64,000 bases of DNA from Alphaproteobacteria bacterium (GCA_963667785.2 CAXXMU010000006.1:224001-288000), one strand, 5' to 3'. Positions 1 through 12,879 are shown, counted from the stretch's first letter. Made by a program: numbers and translations. The notes: generated by a model from the sequence alone, not told the origin.

Positions 1-2040
1 CACGTGGGTGCCGCCGCAGAGCTCGACCGAGTAGGGCGCGTCGTCGCCGTCTTCGTCGTCGCCCATGGAGACGACGCGCACCTCGTCCCCGTACTTCTCG
101 CCGAAGAGCGCGAGCGCGCCGGCCTCAACGGCCTCGTCGGGACCCATCAGGCGGGTGACCAGCGGGGTGTTCTGGCGGATCAGCCGGTTGACCTCCGCCT
201 CGATCGCATCGAGGTCCTCCGCCGGGATCGCGCCGGGGTGGCTGATGTCGAAGCGGAGCCGGTCGGGCGCGACCAGCGAGCCCTTCTGGGTGACGTGATC
301 GCCGAGGGCGCGGCGGAGTGCCGCGTGCAGCAGGTGGGTGGCCGAGTGGTTGGCGCGGAGCATGGTGCGCCGCGCGCCGTCGACGCTGAGCAGGACGGGA
401 TCGCCCGGCGCCAGCGCGCCTTCCTCCACCACCGCGTGGTGGACGTGGAGGCCGTCGGCCTCGCGCCGCGTGTCGGTGACGCGCAGCCGGGCGCCCGTGG
501 CGGCGGCAACGGTGCCGGTGTCGCCCACCTGGCCACCGGCCTCGGCGTAGAAGGGGGTCTGGTTGACCACCAGCGCCACCGTGTCGCCGGCCTCGGCACG
601 CTCGGCCTCCGCGCCGCCCAGCACCAGCGCCTGGACCTCGGCCTCGGCGCTCTCCGTGCCGTAGCCGAGGAACTCGGTGGCGCCCACGCGCTCGCGAATG
701 CCGAACCAGACCGTGTCGCTCGCCGCCTCGCCGGAACCCGCCCAGGCGCGGCGCGCGGCCTCGCGCTGGCGTTCCATGCAGGCCTCGAAGCCCGCGCGCT
801 CGACCGCGCGGCCTTGCGCGCGGAGCGCGTCCTCGGTCAGATCGAGGGGGAAGCCGTAGGTGTCGTAGAGGCGGAACGCGGTCTCGCCCGCCAGCGGCGC
901 GCCGGGGGCGAGGCCGGTGGTCGCCTCGTCGAGCAGGCGGAGGCCCCGCGCGAGCGTCTCCTTGAAGCGGGTCTCCTCCAGCCGGAGCGTCTCGGTGATG
1001 AGCGGCTCGGCGCGGACGAGCTCGCCGAAGGCCTGGCCCATCTCGCGCACCAGCGCCGGCACCAGGCGCCACATCAGCGGCTCGGCGCAGCCCATGAGGT
1101 GGGCATGGCGCATGGCGCGCCGCATGATCCGCCTCAGCACGTAGCCGCGCCCCTCGTTGGACGGCATCACGCCGTCGGCGATGAGGAAGGCGCTCGCCCG
1201 CAGGTGATCGGCGACCACCCGATGGGAGGCGCGATGCGGGCCGTCCGCGGCCGCGCCGCTGAGCTCGACGCTGGCCGCGATCAGGTTGCGGAAGAGGTCG
1301 GTCTCGTAGTTGTCGTGGGTGCCCTGCATGATCGCGGCGATGCGCTCCAGCCCCATGCCGGTGTCGATCGAGGGGCGCGGCAGGTCGATCCGCTCGTCCG
1401 GCGTGACCTGCTCGAACTGCATGAACACCAGGTTCCAGATCTCGACGAAGCGGTCGCCGTCCTGATCGGCGCTCCCCGGCGGCCCGCCGGCTATGTGCGG
1501 GCCGTGGTCGTAGAAGATCTCCGAGCAGGGGCCGCAGGGGCCGGTCTCGCCCATGGCCCAGAAATTGTCCGAGGTCGGAATCCGCAGGACACGCTCCTCG
1601 GGCAGGCCCGCGATCCGGCGCCAGAGCCCGTGCGCCTCGTCGTCCTCGGCGAAGACCGTGACCAGCAGGCGGTCTTCCGGCAGGCCGTAGTCCTGCGTGA
1701 CCAGCCGCCAGGCGAGTTCGATCGCGCGCTCCTTGAAGTAGTCGCCGAAGGAGAAGTTGCCGAGCATCTCGAAGAAGGTGTGGTGGCGCGCGGTGTAGCC
1801 GACATTGTCGAGGTCGTTGTGCTTGCCGCCCGCGCGCACGCACTTCTGCGAGGTGGCGGCGCGCTGGTAGGGCCTCGCCTCGGCGCCGGTGAAGACGTTC
1901 TTGAACTGCACCATGCCGGCGTTGGTGAACATCAGCGTCGGGTCGTTGCGCGGCACGAGCGGGCTCGAGGCCACGACCTCGTGGCCGTTGGCGGCGAAAT
2001 AGTCCAGGAACTGCGCGCGGATTTCGCTGACGCTCGGCAT
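1..2040 (-). CDS. alaS: Alanine--tRNA ligase (3' end runs off the window)
   Basis: Not in the ORF track because it is truncated. Reverse complement from ATG 2040 reads [37 protein letters not shown] and reaches the editing motif ELCGGTHV at the window edge. Confidence 0.97.
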   Translation of the reverse strand, partial: MPSVSEIRAQFLDYFAANGHEVVASSPLVPRNDPTLMFTNAGMVQFKNVFTGAEARPYQRAATSQKCVRAGGKHNDLDNVGYTARHHTFFEMLGNFSFGDYFKERAIELAWRLVTQDYGLPEDRLLVTVFAEDDEAHGLWRRIAGLPEERVLRIPTSDNFWAMGETGPCGPCSEIFYDHGPHIAGGPPGSADQDGDRFVEIWNLVFMQFEQVTPDERIDLPRPSIDTGMGLERIAAIMQGTHDNYETDLFRNLIAASVELSGAAADGPHRASHRVVADHLRASAFLIADGVMPSNEGRGYVLRRIMRRAMRHAHLMGCAEPLMWRLVPALVREMGQAFGELVRAEPLITETLRLEETRFKETLARGLRLLDEATTGLAPGAPLAGETAFRLYDTYGFPLDLTEDALRAQGRAVERAGFEACMERQREAARRAWAGSGEAASDTVWFGIRERVGATEFLGYGTESAEAEVQALVLGGAEAERAEAGDTVALVVNQTPFYAEAGGQVGDTGTVAAATGARLRVTDTRREADGLHVHHAVVEEGALAPGDPVLLSVDGARRTMLRANHSATHLLHAALRRALGDHVTQKGSLVAPDRLRFDISHPGAIPAEDLDAIEAEVNRLIRQNTPLVTRLMGPDEAVEAGALALFGEKYGDEVRVVSMGDDEDGDDAPYSVELCGGTHV

Positions 2041-2156
2041 GACAGGCCCCGCATGGCCCGCCGGGCGGGAGCCCGCCCGGCGCTGGGATGCGTGCTACTT
2101 AGTGCGGCTTGGGCCGGCTGTCCAGATGGGCTCGCCCGGGACGCGCGCGCCCGGCC

Positions 2157-3239
<1,083 letters not shown>

Positions 3240-3299
3240 GACCGCCTCCTTATTTCATACGGGCCGGCCCGATGCAACGCGAGCCGCCACGAGAGCAAT

Positions 3300-3314
3300 G
3301 TACATGTTTTGTTC
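3300..3314 (-). promoter_or_regulatory. Alphaproteobacterial LexA (SOS) box GAAC-N7-GTAC
   Basis: Minus strand reads GAAC-AAAACAT-GTAC about 60 bp upstream of recA, matching the alphaproteobacterial GAAC-N7-GAAC/GTAC direct-repeat box. Confidence 0.85.
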
Positions 3315-3368
3315 TCATCGCGCAATCCCTAATTTCGGCACCGCATCGTGTTGATGAGTCTTTGCTCA

Positions 3369-3488
3369 TCCCTCAGGCGCCGGGCGCTCGCTCCACTCGC
3401 TTGGCTACGCGCTTCCGGCGCATCGTGCGCCTGCGCACGTGGACGTGCGACGCGCGGTCGCGCCGTCCGGGCCTAGCGGCCCGGCTCC
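3369..3488 (+). repeat. Left copy of inverted repeat flanking tRNA-Ile2
   Basis: Blocks CGGGCGCTCGCTCCACTCGCTTGGCTACGCGC and CGCGCCGTCCGGGCCTAGCGGCCCGG match the reverse complement of 3713-3804. Confidence 0.8.
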
Positions 3489-3570
3489 ATATCCCCCAGG
3501 CGCTAGGCACTCGCATCCGGTCGCGGCCCGCGCCCGGGCGCGCTATGATGGGCGCCGCGTCCCGCCGACC

Positions 3571-3647
3571 GGGCCCGTAGTTCAACTGGTTAGAACTCGC
3601 CGCTCATAACGGCGTTGTTGCAGGTTCGAGTCCTGCCGGGCCCACCA
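3571..3647 (+). tRNA. tRNA with CAT anticodon, most likely tRNA-Ile2 (lysidine-modified)
   Basis: GGGCCCG/CGGGCCC acceptor stem, GTTC/GAAC D stem, CGCCG-CTCATAA-CGGCG anticodon arm, GCAGG-TTCGAGT-CCTGC T arm, A-CCA end. The paired G1:C72 rules out initiator tRNA, and the sequence resembles alphaproteobacterial Ile2. Confidence 0.9.
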
Positions 3648-3712
3648 ACTCCCGTCATCCGGTGCAAATCGCCGCGAAACCGTTTATGCACCTCGCCTGA
3701 CGCGAGCGGACG

Positions 3713-3804
3713 GGAACCGGGCCGCAGGCCCGGACGGCGCGGCAGCGTCGCGCGCCGCCAGGCGCGTAGGCAAGCGAGCGGAGCGAGCGCCCGCCGTTGA
3801 GGGA
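3713..3804 (-). repeat. Right (inverted) copy of repeat flanking tRNA-Ile2
   Basis: Reverse complement shares a 30/32-nt core and a second ~29-nt block with 3369-3488. Confidence 0.8.
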
Positions 3805-3823
3805 AAGAACAAGAGGACGGACA

Positions 3824-5191
3824 ATGGCGGACTACGACCTGCTGGTGATCGGCGGCGGCTCGGGCGGCGTGGCCTGCGCCAGGCGCGCGGCGGGCTACGG
3901 CGCCCGCGCTGCCGTGATCGAGAACGACCGGCTCGGCGGCACCTGCGTGCATCGCGGCTGCATCCCCAAGAAGCTGCTCGTCTACGCCTCCCACTTCAGC
4001 CACGACTTCGAGGACGCGGCGGGCTACGGCTGGACGGTCGGCGCCACGGCCTTCGACTGGCCGGCGATGGTGCGCGCCAAGGTGGCCGAGCTCGACCGGC
4101 TGGAGGGGATCTACCGGCGGCTCCTGAAGGACGCCGGCGCGACCCATATCGCCGGGACCGGGCGGCTGCTCGATGCCCATACCGTCCAGGTGGGCGACGA
4201 GCGGCACAGCGCCGAGACCATCGTGATCGCCACCGGCGGCCGACCGACCATGCCGGACATTCCCGGCATCGAGCTCGCCGTGAGCTCGGATGCGATGTTC
4301 GACCTGCCGGCGCTGCCGGCCCGCGTGGTGATCGTGGGCGGCGGCTACATCGCCTGCGAGTTCGCCTGCATCATGCAGGGCCTGGGCTCCCGCGTGACCC
4401 AGCTCTACCGCGGCGAGCTCCTCCTGCGCGGCTTCGACCGCGACCTCCGCCAGGTGCTCTGCGAGGAGATGCGGAAGGGTGGGGTCGACCTCAGGCTCGA
4501 GACCAACGCGGTCTCGCTCGCCGAGGCGGGCGGCGCCATCGCGGTCACGACCACGGCCGGCGAGACGATCGAGGCGGACGTGGTGCTCTTCGCCACCGGG
4601 CGGCGGCCCAACGTCGCCGGCCTCGGGCTCGAGAACGCCGGCGTGGAGACCGGCGAGAACGGCGCCATCCGCGTCGATGCGGCCTCCCGTACCGGGGCGG
4701 CCAACATCTACGCCGTGGGCGACGTGACCGACCGCATCAACCTGACGCCGGTGGCGATCCACGAGGGCCGCTGCATCGCCGAGACCCTCTACAACGACAA
4801 CCCGCAAGAGCCGGACCACAGGGACGTGGCGACCGCCGTCTTCACCACGCCTGAGCTCGGCACGGTCGGGCTGACCGAGGAGGAGGCGCGGGGGACCATC
4901 GCCGCCGTGGACATCTACAGGACCCGCTTCCGCCCGCTGAAGCACACGCTCTCCGGGCGGGACGAGACCGTCTTCATGAAGCTCGTCGCGGACCGCGCGA
5001 CGGGCCGGGTGGTGGGCTGCCACATGGTCGGCGACGGCGCGGGCGAGGCGGTGCAGCTCTTGGGGATAGCGGTGAAGGCGGGCGCGACCAAGGCGCAGTT
5101 CGACGCGACCATGGCGGTGCACCCGACTGCGGCGGAGGAGTTCGTCACCCTCTACGAGCCTGTGCCCGAGGCCGCCGCCCCGGCCGCCTAG
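3824..5191 (+). CDS. gor: Glutathione-disulfide reductase
   Basis: GGGSGG FAD motif, GGTCVHRGCIPKK redox-active disulfide, GGGYIACEF, HPTAAEE. Confidence 0.95.
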   Translation: MADYDLLVIGGGSGGVACARRAAGYGARAAVIENDRLGGTCVHRGCIPKKLLVYASHFSHDFEDAAGYGWTVGATAFDWPAMVRAKVAELDRLEGIYRRLLKDAGATHIAGTGRLLDAHTVQVGDERHSAETIVIATGGRPTMPDIPGIELAVSSDAMFDLPALPARVVIVGGGYIACEFACIMQGLGSRVTQLYRGELLLRGFDRDLRQVLCEEMRKGGVDLRLETNAVSLAEAGGAIAVTTTAGETIEADVVLFATGRRPNVAGLGLENAGVETGENGAIRVDAASRTGAANIYAVGDVTDRINLTPVAIHEGRCIAETLYNDNPQEPDHRDVATAVFTTPELGTVGLTEEEARGTIAAVDIYRTRFRPLKHTLSGRDETVFMKLVADRATGRVVGCHMVGDGAGEAVQLLGIAVKAGATKAQFDATMAVHPTAAEEFVTLYEPVPEAAAPAA

Positions 5192-5287
5192 CTGCGGGCG
5201 CCTCTCCGGCTCAGGAAAATGCTGGAACGACCGGCGGTTCGGGCGTATAGCTCTGCCCCAACGAAAAGATTTCCGCGGGAGTACCCT

Positions 5288-6670
5288 ATGCCCGGCACCT
5301 GGAACCCCGGCCGCTGGCGCGGGCTGCCGATCAAGCAGCAGCCGGCCTGGCCGGACAAGGCGGCGCTCGCCGGCGTCGAGGAGCGGCTGAGCCGCACGCC
5401 GCCGCTGGTCTTCGCCGGCGAGGCGCGCAGGCTGCGCGAGCGCCTGGCGCGGGTCTGCCAGGGGCACTCCTTCCTCCTGCAGGGCGGCGACTGCGCCGAG
5501 AGCTTCGCCGAGTTCCACCCGGACACGGTGCGCGACACCTTCCGCGTCCTGCTGCAGATGGCGGTGGTGCTGACCTATGGCGCCAAGGTGCCGGTGGTGA
5601 AGGTGGGCCGCCTTGCGGGCCAGTTCGCGAAGCCCCGCTCGTCGGACACCGAGACAGTGGGCGAGACCACGCTGCCGGCCTACCGCGGCGACATGATCAA
5701 CGGCATGGCCTTCGACGGCACGTCGCGCCGGCCCGCGCCCAAGCGCCTGCTCCAGGCCTACGGCCAGTCGGCGTCTACGCTCAACCTGCTGCGGGCGCTT
5801 GCTCACGGCGGCTACGCCGGCCTCCACGCGGTGCACCGCTGGAACCTCGGCTTCGTCGCCGAGAGCACCCAGGGCGCGCGCTACAGGGCCATGGCCGACC
5901 AGATCGGCGAGACGCTCGACTTCATGGCCGCCTGCGGGCTCACCGAGGAGACCTCCCCGCAGATTCGCGAGACCGAGTTCTACACCTCCCACGAGGCGCT
6001 GATCCTGGAATACGAGCAGGCGCTGACGCGGATCGATTCGACCACCGGCGAGTGGTACGACTGCTCCGCGCACATGCTCTGGATCGGCGATCGCACGCGC
6101 CAGCCCGACGGCGCCCATGTCGACTTCCTGAGCGGCGTCGGCAACCCGGTCGGCATCAAGGCGGGCCCCAGCCTGGACCCGGACGAGCTGCTCGCCCTCA
6201 TCGACCGGCTCAACCCGCAGGACGAGCCCGGCCGGATCACGGTGATCGCGCGCATGGGGCACGAGGCGGCCGAGGCCAAGCTGCCGCCGCTGGTGCGCGC
6301 CGTGAAGCGCGAGGGCCGGCAGGTGGTATGGTCGTGCGACCCCATGCACGGCAACACGATCAAGTCCTCGAACGGCTACAAGACCCGCGTCTTCGACCAG
6401 GTGCTGGCCGAGGTGCGCGCCTTCTTCGCGGTGCACCGGGCGGAGGGCACCTATCCCGGCGGCGTCCACTTCGAGATGACCGGCCAGGACGTGACCGAAT
6501 GTCTCGGCGGCGCCCAGGCGATCACCGAGGAGGACCTGTCGGACCGCTACCACACCCATTGCGATCCGCGCCTCAACGCCTCGCAGGCGCTCGAGCTCGC
6601 CTTCCTGATCGCCGAGCACATCAGGGAGGAGCGGGCGACTCCCGCGCAGCCGAGGGCGCTGCACGGTTAG
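5288..6670 (+). CDS. Class II DAHP (3-deoxy-7-phosphoheptulonate) synthase
   Basis: [39 protein letters not shown]. Confidence 0.96.
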   Translation: MPGTWNPGRWRGLPIKQQPAWPDKAALAGVEERLSRTPPLVFAGEARRLRERLARVCQGHSFLLQGGDCAESFAEFHPDTVRDTFRVLLQMAVVLTYGAKVPVVKVGRLAGQFAKPRSSDTETVGETTLPAYRGDMINGMAFDGTSRRPAPKRLLQAYGQSASTLNLLRALAHGGYAGLHAVHRWNLGFVAESTQGARYRAMADQIGETLDFMAACGLTEETSPQIRETEFYTSHEALILEYEQALTRIDSTTGEWYDCSAHMLWIGDRTRQPDGAHVDFLSGVGNPVGIKAGPSLDPDELLALIDRLNPQDEPGRITVIARMGHEAAEAKLPPLVRAVKREGRQVVWSCDPMHGNTIKSSNGYKTRVFDQVLAEVRAFFAVHRAEGTYPGGVHFEMTGQDVTECLGGAQAITEEDLSDRYHTHCDPRLNASQALELAFLIAEHIREERATPAQPRALHG

Positions 6671-6686
6671 CCGGGCCGGGCGCGCC

Positions 6687-7844
6687 ATGCTGCACCAGAA
6701 CGGCCCTCGCGATCGCGAGGTCGCCCGCTACACCGACCACTACTTCACGCGCACGCGCACGGCGATCGCCCGCTTCGGCGATTCGCGCGTCACCTACGCG
6801 CTGTTCCTGAGGCGGCCGGTCTGCTTCGCGCCGCGCCTGATGATCGATTGGCTGGAGGCGGTCGCGGCCGAGCGCGACACCCGCTTCACCATCGAGTGCC
6901 AGTTCGAGGAGGGCGCATGGGTCGGCGCCGGCGAGCCGCTGATCTACCTCTCCGGCTCCTTCCGCCACCTGGTCGATCTCGAGACCCTCTACCTGCAACG
7001 GCTGGGCGCCGCCTGCGTCGCCGCCTACAACGCCTACGCCATGGCCCGCGCGCTCCCCAAGGTGGGCTTCCTGGCGATGGACGCGCGGCACTGCGCCGGC
7101 ATCGAGATGGCCGAGATGATGGCCTATGCGGCGAGCGTCGGCTCCCGCGCGGCGCAGAAGGAGGCCGGCGCCGTCGGCTTCATCGGCAACGCGACGGACG
7201 CGACCGCCCACTATTTCGGCAACCAGCGGGGCTACGGCACGATGCCGCATGCCTTCATCGGCTATGCCGGCTCCACGGTCCGCGCCGCGGAGATGTATCA
7301 CGAGATCTTCGACGGCGAGCCGATGACCGTGCTGGTCGACTACTACGGGCAGGAGATCACCGATTCGCTCGCCGTCTGCGAACGCTTCCCCGACCTCGCC
7401 CGGCAGGGCGATCTCAGCATCCGCCTCGATACCCACGGCAGCCGCTACGTCGAGGGCCTGGACATGGCCGAGTCCTATTCGGTGCTGGAGCGCTACAGCC
7501 CGAACGCGGTGCGCGAATACCGCACCGAGGCGGAGCTGCGCTGGCTCAACGGCACCGGGGTCAGCGCGGCGGCGCTCTTCCACCTGCGCGCAGCGCTCGA
7601 CCAGGCGGGCTTTCCCAAGGTGAAGATCGTCGCGAGCTCTGGCTTCGGCCCGGCCAAGTGCCGGGTCATGGCCAGCGTGAACGCGCCGATCGACGTGATC
7701 GGCACCGGCTCCTTCCTGCCCGAGAACTGGTCCGAGACCTTCGCCACGGCCGATATCGTCGACTATGGCGGCACGGCGCGGGTCAAGCTCGGCCGCGAGT
7801 TTCTGCTACGCAACGGCAGCGGCACATCGGAGCCCACACGCTAG
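6687..7844 (+). CDS. pncB: Nicotinate phosphoribosyltransferase family protein
   Basis: TDHYF, GTMPHA, IRLDT, IVASSGF motifs; lies next to nadE. Its TAG stop is the first CTAG of the downstream repeat. Confidence 0.8.
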   Translation: MLHQNGPRDREVARYTDHYFTRTRTAIARFGDSRVTYALFLRRPVCFAPRLMIDWLEAVAAERDTRFTIECQFEEGAWVGAGEPLIYLSGSFRHLVDLETLYLQRLGAACVAAYNAYAMARALPKVGFLAMDARHCAGIEMAEMMAYAASVGSRAAQKEAGAVGFIGNATDATAHYFGNQRGYGTMPHAFIGYAGSTVRAAEMYHEIFDGEPMTVLVDYYGQEITDSLAVCERFPDLARQGDLSIRLDTHGSRYVEGLDMAESYSVLERYSPNAVREYRTEAELRWLNGTGVSAAALFHLRAALDQAGFPKVKIVASSGFGPAKCRVMASVNAPIDVIGTGSFLPENWSETFATADIVDYGGTARVKLGREFLLRNGSGTSEPTR

Positions 7845-8018
7845 AGCGTGTCCGCTTTACACGGAACCGCTCTAGCCTCTTTGTCGCTCACGGCAGCCGA
7901 CCTGCGGTCGGCGCCGTCGCGCGGGACGCGCGCGGAGCGCACGATGCGGACGCGCCGCATAAGCGGCGGGCCGCAGTCGCGGCCTGTCGCGTATCCGTCA
8001 AAGACGGATACGCTCTAG
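7841..8018 (+). repeat. CTAG-bounded palindromic element (MITE/RIME-like), copy 1
   Basis: CTAGAGCGTGTCCG...CGCTCTAG-CCTCTTTGTCGCTCACGGCAGCCG...GCGTATCCGTCAAAGACGGATACGCTCTAG. Homologous to 11983-12162 and 46923-47042. Confidence 0.92.
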
Positions 8019-8105
8019 GAGCGCCGTGCAGGCCCGCGCGCGCAGGGCAGGAGGCGATAATCGGAGCCGGCAGTCGCCGGCTCATCCGTGTATAACCGTG
8101 CCGCC

Positions 8106-9767
8106 ATGACCGACACGCTCGCCATCGCGCTCGCGCAGCTCAATCCCACGGTGGGGGATCTCGAGGGCAACAGGGCACTGATCCTGCGCGCCCGGACGCG
8201 GGCCGCGGCGGAGGGCGCGGACCTCGTGATCTGCACCGAGCTCGTGGTCACCGGCTATCCGCCGGAGGACCTCGTGCTCAAGCCGATGTTCCAGGAGCAG
8301 ACGCGCGCCGTCGTCGACGCGCTCGCCGAGGCGACGGCGGACGGCGGCCCGGCGCTCCTGATCGGCGCTCCCTGGGCCGAGGACGACAAGCTCTATAACG
8401 CCGTGCTGCTGCTCGACGGCGGCCGGGTCGAGGCCCGGCGCTACAAGTACGAGCTTCCCAACTACGGGGTCTTCGACGAGGTGCGCGTGTTCGCGCGGGC
8501 CGGCCTGCCGGGGCCGATTCCCTTCCGCGGCGTGCGCCTCGGCGCCATGGTCTGCGAGGACATGTGGTTCCCCGAGGTCGCCGAGTGCCTCGCGGAATCG
8601 GGCGCGGAGATCATGATCGCGATCAACGGCTCGCCCTTCGAGAGCGACAAGGGCGATGCACGCCTCAATCTCGCCGTGGCGCGGATCGGCGAGACCGGCC
8701 TGCCGCTGATCTACGTCAACCAGGTGGGGGGGCAGGACGAGCTGGTCTTCGACGGCGCCTCCTTCGTCCTCGGCGCCGACCACGGCCTCCGTGCCCAGGC
8801 GCCGGCCTTCGAGGAGGCGGTCGTGCTCACGCACTGGTCGCGCGAAGAGGGCGGCTGGGCCTGCGCGCAAGGCGCCTGCGCCGCGCTGCCCGAGGGCCAC
8901 GCCGCCACCTGGCGGGCCATGACCGCAGGCCTCGCCGACTACGTCGCGAAGAACGGCTTTCCCGGCGTCCTCATCGGGCTCTCCGGCGGGATCGATTCCG
9001 CGCTCACGGCGGCCGTCGCCGTCGATGCGCTGGGGCCTGAGCGCGTCTTCTGCGTCGCCATGCCGTCCCGCTACACCGCGCAGTCCTCGCTCGACGACGC
9101 AGCCGAATGCGCGCGCCTGCTCGGCGTCCGCCACGAGGTGGTGGGGATCGAGCCTGCGGTCGATGCGATGGACGGCATGCTCGCGCCGCTCTTCGCCGGC
9201 CGCGCGGCCGACGAGACCGAGGAGAACATCCAGGCGCGGGTGCGCGGCGTCATCCTCATGGCGATCAGCAACAAGCTCGGCCACATGGTGCTCACCACCG
9301 GCAACAAGTCCGAGATGTCGGTGGGCTACGCCACGCTCTACGGCGACATGTGCGGCGGCTACTCCGTGCTGAAGGACGTCTACAAGACCGACGTGTTCGA
9401 GATGGCGCGCTGGCGCAACCGGAACTGGATGGCGGGCCTGGACGGGCCACAGGGGCCGGTGGTGCCCGAGGCGATCATCGAGAAGCCGCCGAGCGCGGAG
9501 CTCCGCCCCGACCAGACCGATCAGGACACGCTGCCGCCCTACGAGGTGCTCGACGACGTGCTGAGCGGACTGGTGGAGGAGGAGCGCTCGATTGCGGAAA
9601 TCGTCGCCCGCGGCCACGCGGCGGAGACCGTGGAGCGCATCTGGCGGATGCTCGATGTCGCCGAGTACAAGCGGCGCCAGGCGCCGCCCGGCATCAAGCT
9701 CACGCTGCGCTCCTTCGGCAAGGACCGCCGCTACCCCATCACCAACCGCTACCGCGGGGCCGGCTGA
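8106..9767 (+). CDS. nadE: Glutamine-dependent NAD+ synthetase
   Basis: Nitrilase-like N-domain (LAQLNPTVGD, LPNYGVFDE, VCEDMW) plus GLSGGIDS, ENIQAR, PPSAELRPDQ. Confidence 0.97.
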   Translation: MTDTLAIALAQLNPTVGDLEGNRALILRARTRAAAEGADLVICTELVVTGYPPEDLVLKPMFQEQTRAVVDALAEATADGGPALLIGAPWAEDDKLYNAVLLLDGGRVEARRYKYELPNYGVFDEVRVFARAGLPGPIPFRGVRLGAMVCEDMWFPEVAECLAESGAEIMIAINGSPFESDKGDARLNLAVARIGETGLPLIYVNQVGGQDELVFDGASFVLGADHGLRAQAPAFEEAVVLTHWSREEGGWACAQGACAALPEGHAATWRAMTAGLADYVAKNGFPGVLIGLSGGIDSALTAAVAVDALGPERVFCVAMPSRYTAQSSLDDAAECARLLGVRHEVVGIEPAVDAMDGMLAPLFAGRAADETEENIQARVRGVILMAISNKLGHMVLTTGNKSEMSVGYATLYGDMCGGYSVLKDVYKTDVFEMARWRNRNWMAGLDGPQGPVVPEAIIEKPPSAELRPDQTDQDTLPPYEVLDDVLSGLVEEERSIAEIVARGHAAETVERIWRMLDVAEYKRRQAPPGIKLTLRSFGKDRRYPITNRYRGAG

Positions 9768-9770
9768 GCG

Positions 9771-11153
<1,383 letters not shown>

Positions 11154-11197
11154 GCGGCGGGAGCCGACTCCGCCCCTTCGCCTCACCGGGCTGAGCC

Positions 11198-11986
11198 GTG
11201 GCGGGGACCGACCGTCGCAAGAGCCGCGCGGCGGACCATGTCGACGAGGACGCGCCGGCGGTCATCCTGGTGCGCCCCCAGCTCGGCGAGAACATCGGCA
11301 CGGCGGCCCGCGCGATGCTGAACTGCGGCCTCTCCGAGCTGCGCCTGGTGGAGCCTCGCGACGGCTGGCCCAACGTCAAGGCGTTGGGCGCGGCCTCGGG
11401 CGCCGACACGGTGCTGAGCGGCGCGCGGGTCTTCGCGACCGTGGCGGAGGCCGTGAGCGATCTCAACCTGGTCCACGCCACCACGGCGAGACCGAGGGAG
11501 ATGCTGAAGCCGGTGCTGGCGCCGGGTGCTGCGATCGCGACGCTGCGCGAGGGCGCCCGCCGGGGCGCCCGCCTCGGCCTGCTCTTCGGGCCGGAGAAGG
11601 CGGGCCTCCGTAACGAGGAGCTGGTGCTGGCCGACGCCATCGTCAGCATCCCGCTCAACCCCGCCTTCGCCTCGCTCAACCTGGCCCAGGCGGTGCTCAT
11701 CATGGCCTACGAATGGCGCCTCGCGGGCGCCGCGCCGGAAGAGGAGCCGCCCCCGCCGCCGGCCAGCGGCAGCGCGCGGCCCGCCACCAAGGACGAGATC
11801 CTGCACTTCTTCGCGCACCTGGAGGGCGAGCTCGACGCCCGCGGCTTCTACCCCACGCCCGAGATGCGGCCCCGGATGGTGCTGAACATGCGCAACATGT
11901 TCGAGCGCATCTCGCTCACCCGCCAGGACGTGCAGACGCTCAGGGGCGTCGTGCGCGCGCTGACCGGCGGGCGGCTACGGCGCTAG
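11198..11986 (+). CDS. trmJ: SPOUT RNA methyltransferase, TrmJ/LasT family
   Basis: PQLGENIG..ARAM, FGPEKAGL, SLNLAQAV. Its TAG stop is supplied by repeat copy 2. Confidence 0.88.
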   Translation: MAGTDRRKSRAADHVDEDAPAVILVRPQLGENIGTAARAMLNCGLSELRLVEPRDGWPNVKALGAASGADTVLSGARVFATVAEAVSDLNLVHATTARPREMLKPVLAPGAAIATLREGARRGARLGLLFGPEKAGLRNEELVLADAIVSIPLNPAFASLNLAQAVLIMAYEWRLAGAAPEEEPPPPPASGSARPATKDEILHFFAHLEGELDARGFYPTPEMRPRMVLNMRNMFERISLTRQDVQTLRGVVRALTGGRLRR

Positions 11987-12162
11987 AGCGTGTCCGTTTT
12001 ACACGGAAACGCTCCAGCCTCTTTGTCGCTCACGGCAGCCGGCCGTCCAGCGATTCCGCGCGCCTGCCGGCGCGACGGCCGGCGCCTCCGCGAGGGCGCC
12101 GCATGAGCGGCGGGCCGCAGTCGCGGCCTGTCGCGTATCCGTCAAAGACGGATGCGCTCCAG
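11983..12162 (+). repeat. CTAG-bounded palindromic element, copy 2
   Basis: Same terminal hairpins and CCTCTTTGTCGCTCACGGCAGCCG core. The internal and right CTAG read CCAG. Confidence 0.92.
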
Positions 12163-12179
12163 TCCCCCGGTTCGGCCGA

Positions 12180-12207
12180 TTGACACGGGACCTTCGAGGG
12201 CTATAGT
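12180..12207 (+). promoter_or_regulatory. Sigma70-type promoter of rpsD
   Basis: TTGACA-N16-TATAGT about 58 bp upstream of the ATG. Confidence 0.7.
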
Positions 12208-12264
12208 GCGCCCGGCTCGCCGCCCCGGAGCGGCGGCGCGCGTCCTCCCACCGGCACGGGCACG

Positions 12265-12879
12265 ATGAGCAAGCGACAGCAGTCGAAATACAAGATTTGC
12301 CGGCGCCTCGGCGTCAACCTCTGGGGCCGGCCCAAGAGCCCGACCAACCGGCGCGACTACGGGCCGGGACAGCACGGCCAGCGTCGGCGCAAGCCGTCGG
12401 ACTTCGGCGTGCAGCTCTCGGCCAAGCAGCGCCTGCGCGGCTACTACGGCAACATCACCGAGAAGCAGTTCCGCCGCTACTACAAGGCGGCCGGCGACCG
12501 CAAGGGCGATACCGGCGAGAACCTGATCGGGCTGCTGGAGCGGCGCCTCGATGCGGTCGTCTACCGCATGAAGTTCGTGCCGACCGTGTTCGCGGCGCGG
12601 CAGTTCGTGAGCCATGGCCACATCCTGGTCAACGGCCGCCGGGTGACGATCCCGAGCTATCTGGTCAAGGACGAGGACCGGATCGAGGTGCGGGAGCGCT
12701 CGCGCCAGCTGCCGCTGGTGCTGGAGGCGGTGGATTCGCCCGAGCGCGACGTGCCCGACTATCTTGAGGTCGACCACGACCGGATGGAGGGCCGCTTCAT
12801 CCGCGCGCCGAAGCTCGCCGACGTGCCCTATCCGGTGCAGATGGAGCCCAACCTGGTCATCGAGTACTACTCGCGTTAG
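12265..12879 (+). CDS. rpsD: 30S ribosomal protein S4
   Basis: [35 protein letters not shown]. Confidence 0.99.
   Translation: MSKRQQSKYKICRRLGVNLWGRPKSPTNRRDYGPGQHGQRRRKPSDFGVQLSAKQRLRGYYGNITEKQFRRYYKAAGDRKGDTGENLIGLLERRLDAVVYRMKFVPTVFAARQFVSHGHILVNGRRVTIPSYLVKDEDRIEVRERSRQLPLVLEAVDSPERDVPDYLEVDHDRMEGRFIRAPKLADVPYPVQMEPNLVIEYYSR

Noticed and set aside
3571-3647. Calling the CAT tRNA tRNA-Met or fMet
   Set aside because: The paired 1:72 position and lack of three G:C pairs in the anticodon stem exclude the initiator. Overall sequence fits Ile2 better, though elongator Met is not formally excluded without a model search.
7841-8018. CRISPR-like or tRNA-like interpretation of the repeated palindromes
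   Set aside because: Copies are dispersed kilobases apart, with no repeat-spacer periodicity, no cas genes and no T-loop/CCA.
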